Of a stretch of 64,000 nucleotides of DNA, positions 36,764 through 49,259 are shown piece by piece. Numbering within the stretch: position 1 is the stretch's first letter; each line of letters starts with the position of its first letter. The stretch is taken from the NCBI GenBank assembly GCA_973895155.1, contig OZ316897.1, forward strand, positions 19,292,168 through 19,356,167, written 5' to 3'. The notes under the pieces are model-generated. The model was not told the origin of the DNA. It searched no databases and saw only the letters and a program-made list of their open reading frames with translations. The position numbers were made by a program, and so were the translations under genes. Source of the stretch: Marsupella aquatica. Lineage: Eukaryota; Plantae; Marchantiophyta.

Positions 36764-39700
36764 TGTGACGCTGCCAGCATGGCGGTTAATGATTGATTCG
36801 GCCTAGCCTGTGCTTAGCACGAGCATTAGGGGCACCGTAGGCCGTAGTTATTAGCATAACGACACTAAGTAGGTAGTACTTATGACTAGGGAATCATTAG
36901 TTAATAAGGGGCATTTACGTTCGGGATGGCGGCGGAGCGCCATTCGTACTTCCGGGTTACGAGCGTGTAAGGGGACCCTTCGGGTCCGTATAACAAATTC
37001 TTGGAGGCAGCCGCTGACACGCTCTGAACCGGACCCGCGAGTGGGCAGTACACTATGAGCGTGAAAAGCTCGGCCTATAGGGAGGGAGGAGGAGCCAGTC
37101 GAACAATGCACTCTCAGAGTATAGAAGGAGGGCCATTCTCTCGTATTACACCCACACTCCATTCCGCGCGCCAGCTTCGATCTCAGCCACTTCGTCCATC
37201 CTTGGTTGCCCACCATCACTCCTGGAGTCTGTCACGATATTGTCCAGTTCGGCCCTTTGATTTTGGCAGCAATTCCTATCCGTGGGAAGTCACTTAGCCA
37301 AGTCCTTAGCCAAAGTCAACCCGCGCCGATACGAGACCGAACAAGCTTACAAGAGAGCCATTTGCTTAGCCGGCCATAATCACTATAACGGCAATTTTGA
37401 CCTCCCATTCCAGAATGAGCTTTGCCGAGTCGACAAAATCAGCGAGTACTTCTTTGTCGACGAGAAGTACGTCGGTTTTCGGGAAGCGCTCCTTCAGCTT
37501 CCGGACAGGGTTTACCATCTCCCGGGCACGATAGACTTGCAGCCGCACCACTACGACCATATCCCCGCTCGGGTTCAAGCATCCATAGATTGTCAGTTTG
37601 GCCCTGCCCAAACAAGCAAGACTCCTATCTTAACGACACTCGACTTCCCCAGGGACTTCCTGAATCTAATGGCACCTCCCCCAACTGCAACTGGCACCAA
37701 TCCGTTGGTACCTGCGCCAACACCGCCTCGCCCTCAGCCAAGCCAATCTCCACCACCGGTCGCACCACCTCTACGGGTGCGATCCGTGGTAAATGAGGTA
37801 AATATTAGCTCTGAAGACGAGGAGGCTCACCCTCCCCTGAACCGACGGCCGCGGGGTACAAATCAGCATGCGCCAAGCAACCCGGCGCGACTTCAACAAG
37901 CCCGAGGGGATAACACGGTGATTGTAGTGGCCCCCGCACCGATACTCACGGTGGTAGCGCTACCGCCACCCAACCAGGAGGATGGGGAAATGTCCCCCTC
38001 TTCTAGTCACCCCGGGAATCAGTCCCAAGGTAGGAAGAGAAAGGAACCCACAGCTGTATCCGGGCTGCCTTTGGCCACGGTTGCAGTGGCCAAGCTGACC
38101 ATGCATCGCATGGGGGAGAATGTTCACAAGAACATCCTCCACCCCAAGCATGCATGCTACCTAAAGACTCAAGGGTTTGAGAATCTCGCCTCTCCCCCTT
38201 GGAATGGAAGCAGGTACTACGGGCAGGATATGACGGAGTTCATTCAGAACTTCGACGAGGCCCGCCAACAAACCCGAGCGCACGGGAGAGTGATGTGTCT
38301 CAATGAGGCACGTCTGAAGATGATTTTTGGCCTACCTGATGGAATAAACTGGGTAGAGTCGTGGGCTCCTAGGGGCAAGGGAGCTAAGTACCAGTCCTCT
38401 AGCTTCCCGATCGAGGGAGTAGTGGACAACGGATTCTTGATGAGGACGTGCCTCATCCCGGAGGTAGCAGAACGCCTGGAGTTCCAGCGGTATGCCCTCC
38501 ACATGATGGAACCACGGGGCAAAATATCCGCCGCCCAGGTCATACAAGTAGAGAACTTTCGGCCTAGGAGGTGGGCGTCCTTCTTTGTCAAGAAGTTCCA
38601 CAAGGAGATGGAGTGGAGAAGGAAGACCTTATACCTTGGCGGAAAGGCGTACTTCGCAAGCCACATCAAGATCATCATCGAGTGGTACGCCCATTTTGAC
38701 CGCCGAAGCGTCCCCCGTAGCAACGAGACTGAATTGACCCCGTCAAAGTGGGTATTCCCAGCTCAGGAGAGGCAACCGCAGCCTGAGGCCCGAAGCCTGG
38801 CAGCTGCAAGTTCTACTACCCCGGCCCCGCAACCAGTTGCTACCGCCCCGCCAAGCATACCCATAGACGCAGTTATCGCGACCCTGGACTCAATTAACCA
38901 GATCAACACGATTGAAGCCAGGCCGGCTGAGGCCAGATCCGAACCAGACACTACGGTGGCCGAGGAGATCCCGCCACCCCCCACAGCTGTGCAGGAGAAC
39001 CGCCCAGCCCCAGTGGAACCAGCCCCTTTGACCGACTTACCTCAAGGGCTGGACGTTTCCACTCCAACTCCCACGCGGGCTGGGGTCTGTCTTGCCCCAA
39101 TCTGGAGGGGCATAGTCTAGACCACCCGGAACACTTTGCCCTGAGCATGTTTCTGAACGGGTTGTTGGGAGATTTCTCTCAACAAATCGCACGGGATACC
39201 GGGGAATACATGGCACGGAAGGTGGCCTACTTCTTCAACCAGGAGTTGGTTGCAGCTGTAAAGGCAGGACATTTGTAGGCTGAGACGGCGCAGAGAATAG
39301 AGTTGTACCGGGTTGAGTCAGCATACCTGAAGGACAAAGTGGTGGCCCTGGAGACTGAACTCCAACAACTGCGACCTCAGGTATCGGCCACGGAGGATCA
39401 GGTTGCCGAGGCCAGGGCCCGGGCAGCCTTAGCAGAGCAAGCCGGGTTCGGAAAAGACTCCGAGATCGCATGGCTCCGGATCCAGATTGACGGTTTGAAG
39501 GGACAAGTTGTCAGCTGGCAAAAGGATGTAGAGGAGGCCGACGCTCGGTCCCAGCAAGACGTAGCCGAGATAGACGCCCTGAAGGTGGAAGTGGCACGGC
39601 TCTAAGGAGAAGCCACAAAGCAGGCCCAGTTGGTGGATAAGCTAACGAGCAACGCCCAACAACTGGAGGAGGCATGCCAGGAAGCCGCGGAGGAAATGGA

Positions 39701-40728
39701 CGCGGCAAAGCGAGAGAATGAATCTCTGCTGGACCAGGTCCAGCTACTCAAGCCGGACACCGACAGACTCAGAAGGCAGTGGGATAGCCGCTCCCACTCG
39801 GGCGGCTCTGGCAAGCGTGCCAGGCATTAGTGGCGGAGTAAGATTAAAATAGAGTTAGGTGTAGCTAAATCAGGCTATAGGGACAAGTGCCTGCCCTAGT
39901 TAAAGCGGCGCTGCCATATTGTCTGGCCTGCGTAGATTAGAATCTTCTAATAAGACAAGCCATTTTCCGGTCTGACAGCCAGCTTAGTTAGGATCTTAGT
40001 TAGTGAATATTCGGGCATGAGGCCACTCCGGTCCTCAGCCCTTAGTATTTAGTGCACCCCTCGGTAGAGGAGAAGAGGGGGGTTTTGAGTCTCAGAGTTG
40101 GACATCCGCGGTATGTGCGGGGAGTCCTGACCTCTGTGAGTGAAAGAGTACCAAGGGGAGGGGGTACGACTAAGCTCGCTGGGCGAGTGCGGGGCCGGGC
40201 TCCGTTGTAGTGTCCGCCCCTTGGCCTTGGACCTGTTCATTCAAGAGCTGTCGGGTCAACCAAGTAAAGTGTATGTCGACTCGTGAAGTAAAATCCTTTC
40301 CCATTATTTCCTTCGTGTAAACCGAGATTGTATGCTTGTGTGTGTGTTCATGTATGAATCTCGTGTATGGGTGCCGATGCTTGGCCGAGCGTACTACCCG
40401 AGCCGTGCACGGGGTGCAGGTTGCGGAGGAGTGGCTGCGAGTCCGGGTTTAATGCCCATATCATCGGATCTGGATCGAAGGTGGATAGCACAAAGGCTTA
40501 GAAGCCCGTAAGCCGGGGTCGATCCCGCTATTGACTAAGGTATGTTCCGGCAGCGGAACACAAATCATACCTAAGAAGTGTATGTAAGTAACAGTAGTCG
40601 CACTTAGCGCTAGATTACGGGAGTTAGGTGCAGTCCGTGCATCCCTCCTTGCCCGAACCCTCATACTAAAGGAGGATATGCCTGTCTAAGCCGAAGCTCA
40701 GGTTAAGGCCTAGGCTGACGACGTGACA
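36764..40728. mobile_element. 3.97-kb solo-LTR-like element with an internal gene (copy 2)
   Basis: Starts TGTGACG, ends CGTGACA; perfect 5-bp TSD CTGAG (36759-36763, 40729-40733); no internal LTR pair, PBS, gag or pol seen. Confidence 0.85.
37230..39830 (+). pseudogene. Lightly disrupted gene: plant-transposon-type domain, Pro-rich linker, coiled coil
   Basis: 612-aa ORF at 37282-39120, frameshift near 39100, then coiled-coil fragments with stops at 39276 and 39603, ending GSGKRARH. Start approximate. Confidence 0.8.
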
Positions 40729-40975
40729 CTGAGAAATTCCACAAGGGAAATTTCCATCAGCATAGTAAGATGAATGAAGGGAGTTTGCCAGAGCTCTTGA
40801 TCAAAATATGACTAGCCAAATGAAAGCCAACGAAAGAAAAATCACTAGCCCAATCCAGGTCCCTTGGACGTCAATTATAGGTGCAAACAAAACGAAGCTC
40901 ATTTCATTTCCAACCCCACTCAATGGCATGATTCAATACCCTGCCTGACTCAAGGCAAGGCTCACTATAAAGGAT

Positions 40976-41318
40976 TGTTAGGTATTTACTCAAGGTCTAG
41001 GGTTACGGCATGTAACCGTAGTTAGACTAACCATAGTCGGAGACGTGGTTAGGTTAACTAGGATGCACACTATATGCCAAGCGGTGTTTGCTTGGATAAG
41101 TGGAACTTAGGCTCATTGTTACGGAGCCACTTGAGAGATGAGGAGAGCTTACACTGTGGAGACTTGGTTTAGCCGACGGGCTTAGAGTTCAGTAAAGCTC
41201 TCTTGTGTGTTCCCGTGGACGTAGCCTTGAGGAGGTGAACCACGTATCTCTTGTGTCGACTACTTGCGCGTTGGATGTGTCATGTGCTTACTTTTACAAG
41301 TGTCATCTATGCTCAACA
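40976..41318 (+). mobile_element. Solo LTR of the copia family (343 bp)
   Basis: TGTTAGGTATTTACTC...CTATGCTCAACA; TSD AGGAT (40971-40975, 41319-41323); central part nearly identical to the 11449 LTR. Confidence 0.95.
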
Positions 41319-43244
41319 AGGATAACCATCAGTCTTCAAATGGAGCCGGTGGCAGAAACCCTCAGACTTCTGTCTTTTATGGAGCCAATGAGAAGCCTGA
41401 ATTGTTTCAGGGTCATTGCACATTGGTAACTTCATGCCCTCAATGTCCAAGGCTTACATCAAATTTGGAGTGTGGTTGTAGAGTGCTTAGTCTCACTCTG
41501 TCTCATTGGACCTGCCCTTCACCTAGCTCGGTCATATTAAACACCGTTTTCAGCATCTAGCTAGCTTGGTCAAACTTTTCACAGGCTATAGAATGTTTTG
41601 GGCTGGGAAATTTGTGGACAAGCAGCAGAAATTCAAATATGACACGAGGGGAACAACAAAGCACAAGCGCAAGACTACAAGAGTAGCACGCAGCTCAGCC
41701 AATAGAGAACGACACAAAATTTATATTCCGAGAGTCAGTCAGGACCACCATTTGAATTTCCCGTTGGTGGAGCCAGTGCACCGTAGGTTCTGCTGCCCTG
41801 GGAAAGGGTTCTGAAAGGGGACCATGGAAAGAGATGTGATCCAGCCCTCGAATGCTCTTTCAGGGCACGGCCGGGGAGGGCGAGAGACCCTTTAAGGGCT
41901 GATGGAAACATGCTCTTATTCTAGTTTCTCATTCAGTGCCTATTTGCCTAACATCCCCATTTCACACTTACACCCACACTTACGCCCCAAAAGTCTCAGC
42001 AAAGATGACTCTAGATTGTAAGCCAGAGTACTATTAGAACTATAGAATCATTATATAGTTAGATGACCGGATCACCTGGAGGGCTACAGGATTACAGGTC
42101 TTGCAGTGTGGAGGAGCCACAGATCCTCTCCCAACCGTCATAAATAGTTAATATGTGACTTTTTATTTATTGTAACATATAATAATTGATTCGTGAGGCA
42201 AGAGAAAATGTCAACCGGTTACTGGCAGCTTTCCATTTCTCAGGTTATTGTCGTCCTGTTTGAATACAGTGTACTCGAATTTGAAAAAGTACTACAATTC
42301 ATTGCGCCTCAGCTAATAAGAATATTAAATTGACAATGATAGCACAAGTCATTCACCAAACAATTGACTTTCAGGTCCACCGTGTTCCACTCATTTTTCA
42401 AGTCACGATGATATAATATTTTATAATTATAATCTAGCTTGGCTTGATAAGAATGGAAAAATCAGTACTAGATTTACAAGACAAAATAATGAAACATATC
42501 TTAGGATGAGCATCTTTTATATACGGCCTGTTCATTGAATTATTTCACACAATAATTGTTCGTTGTGGATTGACCAACCACGTTGCCATTCAGTTAGACT
42601 CATAAGTGTGGTATTGTTCTTATCAGTCCTTTCTTTTAACAAAAACGAATCCTCAAGTCATCGAACTGGCTTGGGTAAATCCCCCAGTTATTACTCGTTT
42701 TTGTTTGAAAATCTCGAAACAGAAAAAGTCACACCCAAAATAGTGTAGGGTTGGCGAAATTTCTAATCACGAAGGGGAAAAACCAAAGGCCTAAAAGACA
42801 GTGCCTCACAACCAGCATCTACGTATCATTTGTTTTTCAAGGGCACCAGGAATACCCTAGGAACAGAAGCAGGGCCAAACAACTCGAGAATATTAACCGG
42901 CAATTCCTTGGTTTTGTTTTAGGTAGGGAGAGGGGGTGAAATGATCATGCATTGGTGTTGTCAAGGAAACTTGAAACTACACTGGAAACCTTAAAGGTTC
43001 TCATGTAACTCTCCTAGGAAGGAAAGTACTTAGTAGCTTGAAATTTTTATCCAACACCAAAACTACAGGCAGTTCAGGTCCTAGATAAACATACACACAG
43101 AAAATCTGTTGGACATCCAGATTCGCATCTTTCAAAACCTACATCATGCCTCAACTAGGAGTGGATGCTATTCATAAAGAATAAGAAAGAGAGTTTTAGG
43201 GTGCTTTAACCATGTTTGATAAGACAAATACTTCTCCTGTAGAC

Positions 43245-44217
43245 GAGGTATATGTTTGATGGGACCCCTGCCAAAAGAAATTTAGGTGATAATCCTTTAT
43301 GAAACTTTTGTTACAAACTAGGCCCCTTTGATACTTTTGTGTGAGATGTTCTTGCAAAGTTCCTATAAGGAGTTTTAGCTTACTATCCTATAAAGTTTAG
43401 AGTCAAACAATGCTGGATGACAAACTATATAGTTAGGGGAACTGCAGACTACTTGCGCCGTTGCGCAAATTTTGAGTTACTAAGTGAAGGCAATATGGTT
43501 TATGTCTTTAGGTTTGAAATTTGTCTTTAGGTTGCTTCATGAAACCTATGCACAGGGTTTGCATGATGTTTGACGTTCTTTTTGTTCTTTTGTCTAAGTA
43601 TGCAATGAATCCTCTGTTTTTGGCCATTGGTCCATACTGCACTCTTTAAAAATTGTCCAAGTGTGTAACAAAGACAACATCTCACATCTAGACCCCAAAA
43701 TTTGTCTAAGTATGAAAGGAATCAATGATCTTTTATTCTTGGTTGTTTTCTCTTGTTCCAACTTTCAAAAATTGTATGTGTGAAACAAAGACACCAAGGA
43801 GTCAATCAAAACAGGAAAAGTTTGCTAGCCTGCAAGAACTAGACTAAGTGTTGTCCCGACCCACTATCCTGTAACAGTGGATCCCTTAAATCTCTATAAT
43901 CATGTGAAGACATAATCTATTATGTCTCCAAGCATAGACGTACTCTATAATAATGTGAAGACATAATCCACTATGTCTTCAAGCATAGACTTATGCACAG
44001 TGGATTGCAACGCAACGTGCAATGGATTGCGGTGGGAAATATAAAGTTGACCGTGCATTTAGCATTTAGGCACCACATAAGAACCATGTGTACGGAACCT
44101 ATGTAGGGGGCCTAGTTGGTAACAACATTTTTGTGGGGGCCCAGTTTATAACAATGATGTAATGTGGGTCTGTCATGTAAATTTGTTTTGGCAAGGGTCT
44201 CATCAAACATATACCTC
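43245..44217. mobile_element. Non-autonomous Mutator-like element, inverted relative of 26856-27934
   Basis: TIRs GAGGTATATGTTTGATG and CATCAAACATATACCTC; degenerate 9-bp TSD CCTGTAGAC / CCTGTCGAT; interior matches the reverse complement of 27056-27934. Confidence 0.88.
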
Positions 44218-45461
44218 CCTGTCGATAGGGTCTCCTAGAAAGGCAACTACCATACTGGTAGTAATGTTCTGAAAAAAATTAAATAAATAACAAATTTTGA
44301 GTCAACCATTAAGGTTTGACTTTGTACATAATTTTAAAAAAATTTGACGCTGGTCAAACATTTTCAGGCTCAAGAACTGAATGTGGGGAAAAGTTTCCTG
44401 GAAAACCATGGTTTTCTAATGAATTCGGCCAAGACCCACATGTTTTGGCTTGGAATCACCAACACACGAGAAAAAGTAAACCAAAGAGCTTTTTCGGCTG
44501 GCTGCCCACTAAAGTCTGGAAAGAAGAAAATAACAGTGCCAGGTTGAAAAACCGCAAACCAAGTTAGCACTATGGTATACGCCCACCTAAGTGATCCCAA
44601 AGGTGCAAAGGTTATGGCCCCAAAGAGCATGAGGAAATCCACCCTTGTGCTTTGAGTCCCCAGATTGGCGCCTTTGAATCCAAAAGTCCAACTCTTGACA
44701 ATCACGGTGAGAAAGGTTTACCTAGAAAAGTCCAAGCATGCTTTTGGTGCTTTCCTTTTTCCTTCTCACTCTAGAACATGGTGCTTTCTTATCACATGTT
44801 GGGTGTCAAAGGTCTCAACTATGCCACCTTTATTTACAAAGCAGCAAACACATCATGAAGATGGTTCCTCCCAAAATTCTCCCAATTTTATCGTGGGAGA
44901 TTCAAGTCAACGCACGAGGACCGTAATTCCAAAGCTGATCACGTTCATACTTGGGGCCTCAAACCTCAAAACCTGATGTACCTTACACTTAAAGTTATGG
45001 AGAGAAAAAGTTATGGGCTATCATCTTTATGATCAATAATTTTTCTATAAAGATTGGCCATATGCGATAATGGTCATATGTCATAACCAAAAGTGAACAA
45101 AAACACTTTTTCATAACCCTGTGAAAAAGCAATGGCCAAAGCAATGGCCAAGGAACATCCTCCCAAAATATGAAGCTGTGAGAGTCCCTACTATAGTAGT
45201 ATGACTACAGTGTTAACCTTTGAGGGGAAACAATCATCCGCAGATGCAACACAAAGGGGAGTCTTGTCAATTTTCATTTATGGCTTCTTGCATGGTATCC
45301 CAGTCTGGCCAAATGATTGTTGCCTTCATGTGAGGCTCATCATCAGCCTAATTTTCAAGGAGTTTCCGATTTTGGCCAGGGTGACCAATGTCACCTCGGG
45401 TGAGAGGAAAGATGCTGGGAATACTTCTTATCCAAGTTTCCCAGGCTAATCTCTGGCAGTC

Positions 45462-45615
45462 AGATCTCCCTAGATTTCAGGATAATCATTAGATTCTGGA
45501 ATGGGGTGGGTCTACGTGGGAAACTGGCAAATGGAAGGCAAAAAACCTCTTGGATTTTTGCCAAAAGTGGACAAGACTTTTTGTAGGGGTGGAATCTAGC
45601 TAATGTTTGCCCACC
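45462..45615 (+). repeat. ~150-bp dispersed repeat, representative copy
   Basis: AGATCTCCCTAG...GGAAACTGGC.AATGGAAG...GAATCTAGC. Other copies at about 26281, 48191 and 51780 (+) and 28900-29080, 29187-29326 and 60140-60246 (-). Confidence 0.7.
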
Positions 45616-48555
45616 AGAAACTGTTCACACTCCCAGGTTTGCCCTTACACACTACCTTAGAGCCGTTCAGGTTCGTGAACATAATGCCTAAGTTTAAAAT
45701 TTTCTGGGCCTGACTGAAAAAGTATTTAGAGTACCTGGAAATGATGTTGTGAAGTAAATCTGAAGAAGATTCCTAGCATCTTGATGTAAAACACTGTTTT
45801 CAGTGTAGATATTCTTCTTGCAATTAGAGAAGTACTGTCAAATGATTTCTCCATGTCCTTTACCCTCACCGGAGCACCCAAATGCATCCCTCCACATAAT
45901 TGGGTTGGGGCTCTGACTTTGATCCTGCCACATTCTGCCTTCACCCCTGGCCGAGGGTGACCCAGGGTGTTAAGGATAATGGAAACTGGTAGGATATTGA
46001 GTATTGGATCATTCCAAGTTAACCAGAGTTACATTACTTAATATGTGATGGAATAAGGTGACAACATAACAGTTAACCTAAAAAGAGTGGCAGAGTAAGT
46101 AATCTGGCAAAAAGGAGTGGCAATGTAGTAAATCTCAGATGTAACAATTTGTTAAAAGTCTCCTTTAGAAATGGGATCAGGATCAACACCTACGGCAGAT
46201 GATAAGGAAGGAGCCCAAACCTGCTTCATATCTCTATAGGAGATTTGTTGGGCTGCATAGTACCATTACCCATTGTTGAGTGGATACCAACCTCAAAGAT
46301 GCTCCGGTAGCATACACACTCAGTGTTAGCGCACTGTGAGACTTTCAACACCGTGAGTTGGCGTGAGATACTAATGCCTACCCTTTATAAGGCATGGGTC
46401 TTCGTTTCAAGTTTTGAAGCTCTTCAGCTTCATGAATGCATCAAAACATGGATGGGTATTTGGAGTGGTTTGTTTGGAAGTGGAATTTGTAATCAAAGAG
46501 CACATCTTCTCAGTTCCAATGATTTGCTTTGTTTGTAGATGCAAGTCCTAGAAGGTTGTAGCTACTGTTAGGATTCTAAATCATTAGTGACTATTTACAC
46601 TCTCACTCGTCTTTTGTGACACCTTCATGTGCTTACCATTGTTATGCCCCTTTCACTTTTTTTGGCATGCCAATTAATTGTAAAGATGAGGTTGTATTTC
46701 AAGGAAGCTGTACTCTAAGCGGGACTCTAAGCTGAGAGACAACAGTCTTTGAACTCAGATGGACCGAGCACTTTTTGAGACCCCCACACAGGAGCATTTG
46801 TATAAACAAAACTTATTTTCTGAGTAAAAATTAATGTTTCAAAGCCCTTCATGTGGGTTACACCAGTGCATCTGATAGTCTGGGCAGCCATTTTCATCAT
46901 GGGCGTATCAATTTCTATTGTAATCAAATATCAAACAATTTCTTTTTCATGATGGACTTATTTGAGTCGCTAGTGATTTGTAAGTCACTTTAGCGGCCTA
47001 ATCCGTCCCGCCACCACCCCACCCCCTCCCACATGTAAATAACGCTATCATCCAAGCTCACTTTCATTGACATTTGTGAAGAGAACGCTTACTTTGACCT
47101 CTGGACTACTCTGGCTTTGGCTCTTCGGTCTTCTTGGGGGTCTCCCTTTCTCTCCCCTTCACCAGGTCTTTTGCCTTTGGGTCATGTGTGTCCGGGTTTT
47201 GCACATTTTGTTCTTTTGGTAGTGTGGTATATAAGACGACTCACACAACTGGACATCTTTGCCAGCAGGAAGCCAATGAAAAGTAAAAAAATACCCGCCA
47301 AGAACTAGTCAGAATGTCAAAACCTCGATGAGTTTCCTAAAGTGCACATTGGTACAGCAGATAGAGTTTGGATCTATAATGGGATCTACCCGAAACCAAA
47401 CTGCTTTTTCCAGTTTGGGAATTGCTGAGGGTCAGTGAGTCCTATAGCTGGAATCCTCATCGCCAGTGGAACGTCAAGCCTGCCATAAAAAATTGAGAGG
47501 GTGAACAGACAAAGGGTGAGGGTAACTGCTTATGGGGGCCCTCTTCTGGCAAAAACAGTGGTTTCTGCATCGGGAACGCCGGGAGCTCTACTGTAGTTTG
47601 GTAGCATTCTTTTACTTATGTTTCAACGTCCAATACAACTTCAATGCACGAGCACTACTTGGTTCTCCAGTTTACAGAGAAATTCTACTAGTGTAATATA
47701 CCAAGTAGATTTCACTCCAGTTGTTGCTGCAAATCTATCCTGCTCGTTCAAGTTCCTGCTCGCCAGTAAATTTGGGGTCCCAAATGTGCGTGCAAAATAA
47801 GTAATTATTCCTTGTGAGTGCAGGAAATAGTGGAGGGGCAACTATACTTGAACATAATTTGTTCTATACTACCTAATTGCTGATTTGTGACCACTACCAT
47901 GGACAGAAATGTAGTTATCATTATTTTCTTTGTAATTTTTGGTGCTTTGCACAGAAAAGCCTACACTATCTCTTTGCGAAGGGGCATTGTGGAAGTCTTC
48001 TCTCTCAGTTTGATGTATTAACAACAATGTGTTACATGGTGTATACACACACACGTCTCACAACCCTGACCATCAGAGTAATCTTTAAGGGTGTTCCTTG
48101 TTTGCATGTGTGGCTAATGTCAGCCTATGTAAAGGAGAACATGCTAGGAACATTCTTCATGTGAATTTCACTACTTATTTTATGACAGTTAGATCTCCCT
48201 AGATTTAAGGATGACCATTAGATTGTGGCTAATGTGGCCTAAGGCTAGATGGTAAACTGACCAATGGAAGAAAAAGAAAGTTTTGGCCAAACTGAGGAGC
48301 ACTTTTGGGAGAGGTGAAATCTAGCGAATTTTCGCCAGTAACGTAAAGGCTGCTAATCATGATTCAGAAAAGAAAAACGGAAAACCTGAGGGGATCTCGG
48401 TTCGTAACTGGAGTACAAAGGGACTAAACTTAACCCCGATCCCCAGTCAACCGCGTGGTCGAGAGCTGTTGTGAAAAGTCAAAGACGTTGAGGAGTACGA
48501 CCTCAGAACCAGCCGACGAACAAGCGAGTACCACCTGCCCCTTCCCTTTCGCTTT

Positions 48556-48650
48556 CCCTGCCCTGCCCTGCCCTGCCCTGCCCTGCCCTGCCCTGCCCTG
48601 CCCTGCCCTGCCCTGCCCTGCCCTGCCCTGCCCTGCCCTGCCCTGCCCTG
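48556..48650. repeat. (CCCTG)19 microsatellite
   Basis: Perfect pentamer array. Confidence 0.97.
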
Positions 48651-49243
48651 CCCATCTTTTTCAAAGCAGTGGCGGGGACTGACAGTTTGCCTGTGTACGG
48701 ACGCTTAGGGCGGACCCAGGGCAGCGACGTTGGTACTTGGTAGGTAAAGGTTTAAACCGGGTAAAGAGCGGTAGCTGCTGCCCTGGTTTCTTCATCCTCC
48801 ATCCCTCATTCACTTCCCGGTCTCTGTACCCAGGTGTCCGGGCTGCCCGGGCTCGAACTGCCCGATGTAGGTGGGGGTAATGTGTTCGCCCACCATTTCT
48901 CCTGACACAGATAGATCCTCGCCGTCCGTGTCTCTTCTACTGACGGTCCCGATGCGGAAGCGGGCGGACTGGCGCACACGTCATCAAGTCGTGAAATCAT
49001 ATTACCAATTGTGGGCAGTAAAGTAGACTTTTCTCCTGTAGATACAGACTTGGACGGATGGGATTGACTTTATTCGGAGTAAAGAGCTTACAGTGTCAAC
49101 ATGGTACAAAAGCACCGGTCCTTCGTCGGAGAAGTTAATATCATTCAATTCCTGCCCGAGGGGGCAATGGGAAATTTATTAGCGGTTGATTGAGTAATGA
49201 AGTGCTCATAAATGGGGCGTGAGTTGAATGAATGCTGAATTCC

Positions 49244-49259
49244 AGTCAACTAGTTGACT
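49244..49259. promoter_or_regulatory. Palindromic double W-box
   Basis: AGTCAACTAGTTGACT is a perfect 16-bp palindrome with two TTGACT sites. Confidence 0.45.

Noticed and set aside
36764-40728. Autonomous DNA transposon or host gene
   Set aside because: The TIR is only about 7 bp, I see no DDE transposase motif or introns, and the ends plus 5-bp TSD fit a retroelement integrase better.
47100-47240. T-rich stretch resembling a non-LTR 3' tail (also 10180-10300)
   Set aside because: Similarity is compositional only; no alignable match or TSD.
48455-48682. ORF with PALPC repeats
   Set aside because: Product of the (CCCTG)n microsatellite.
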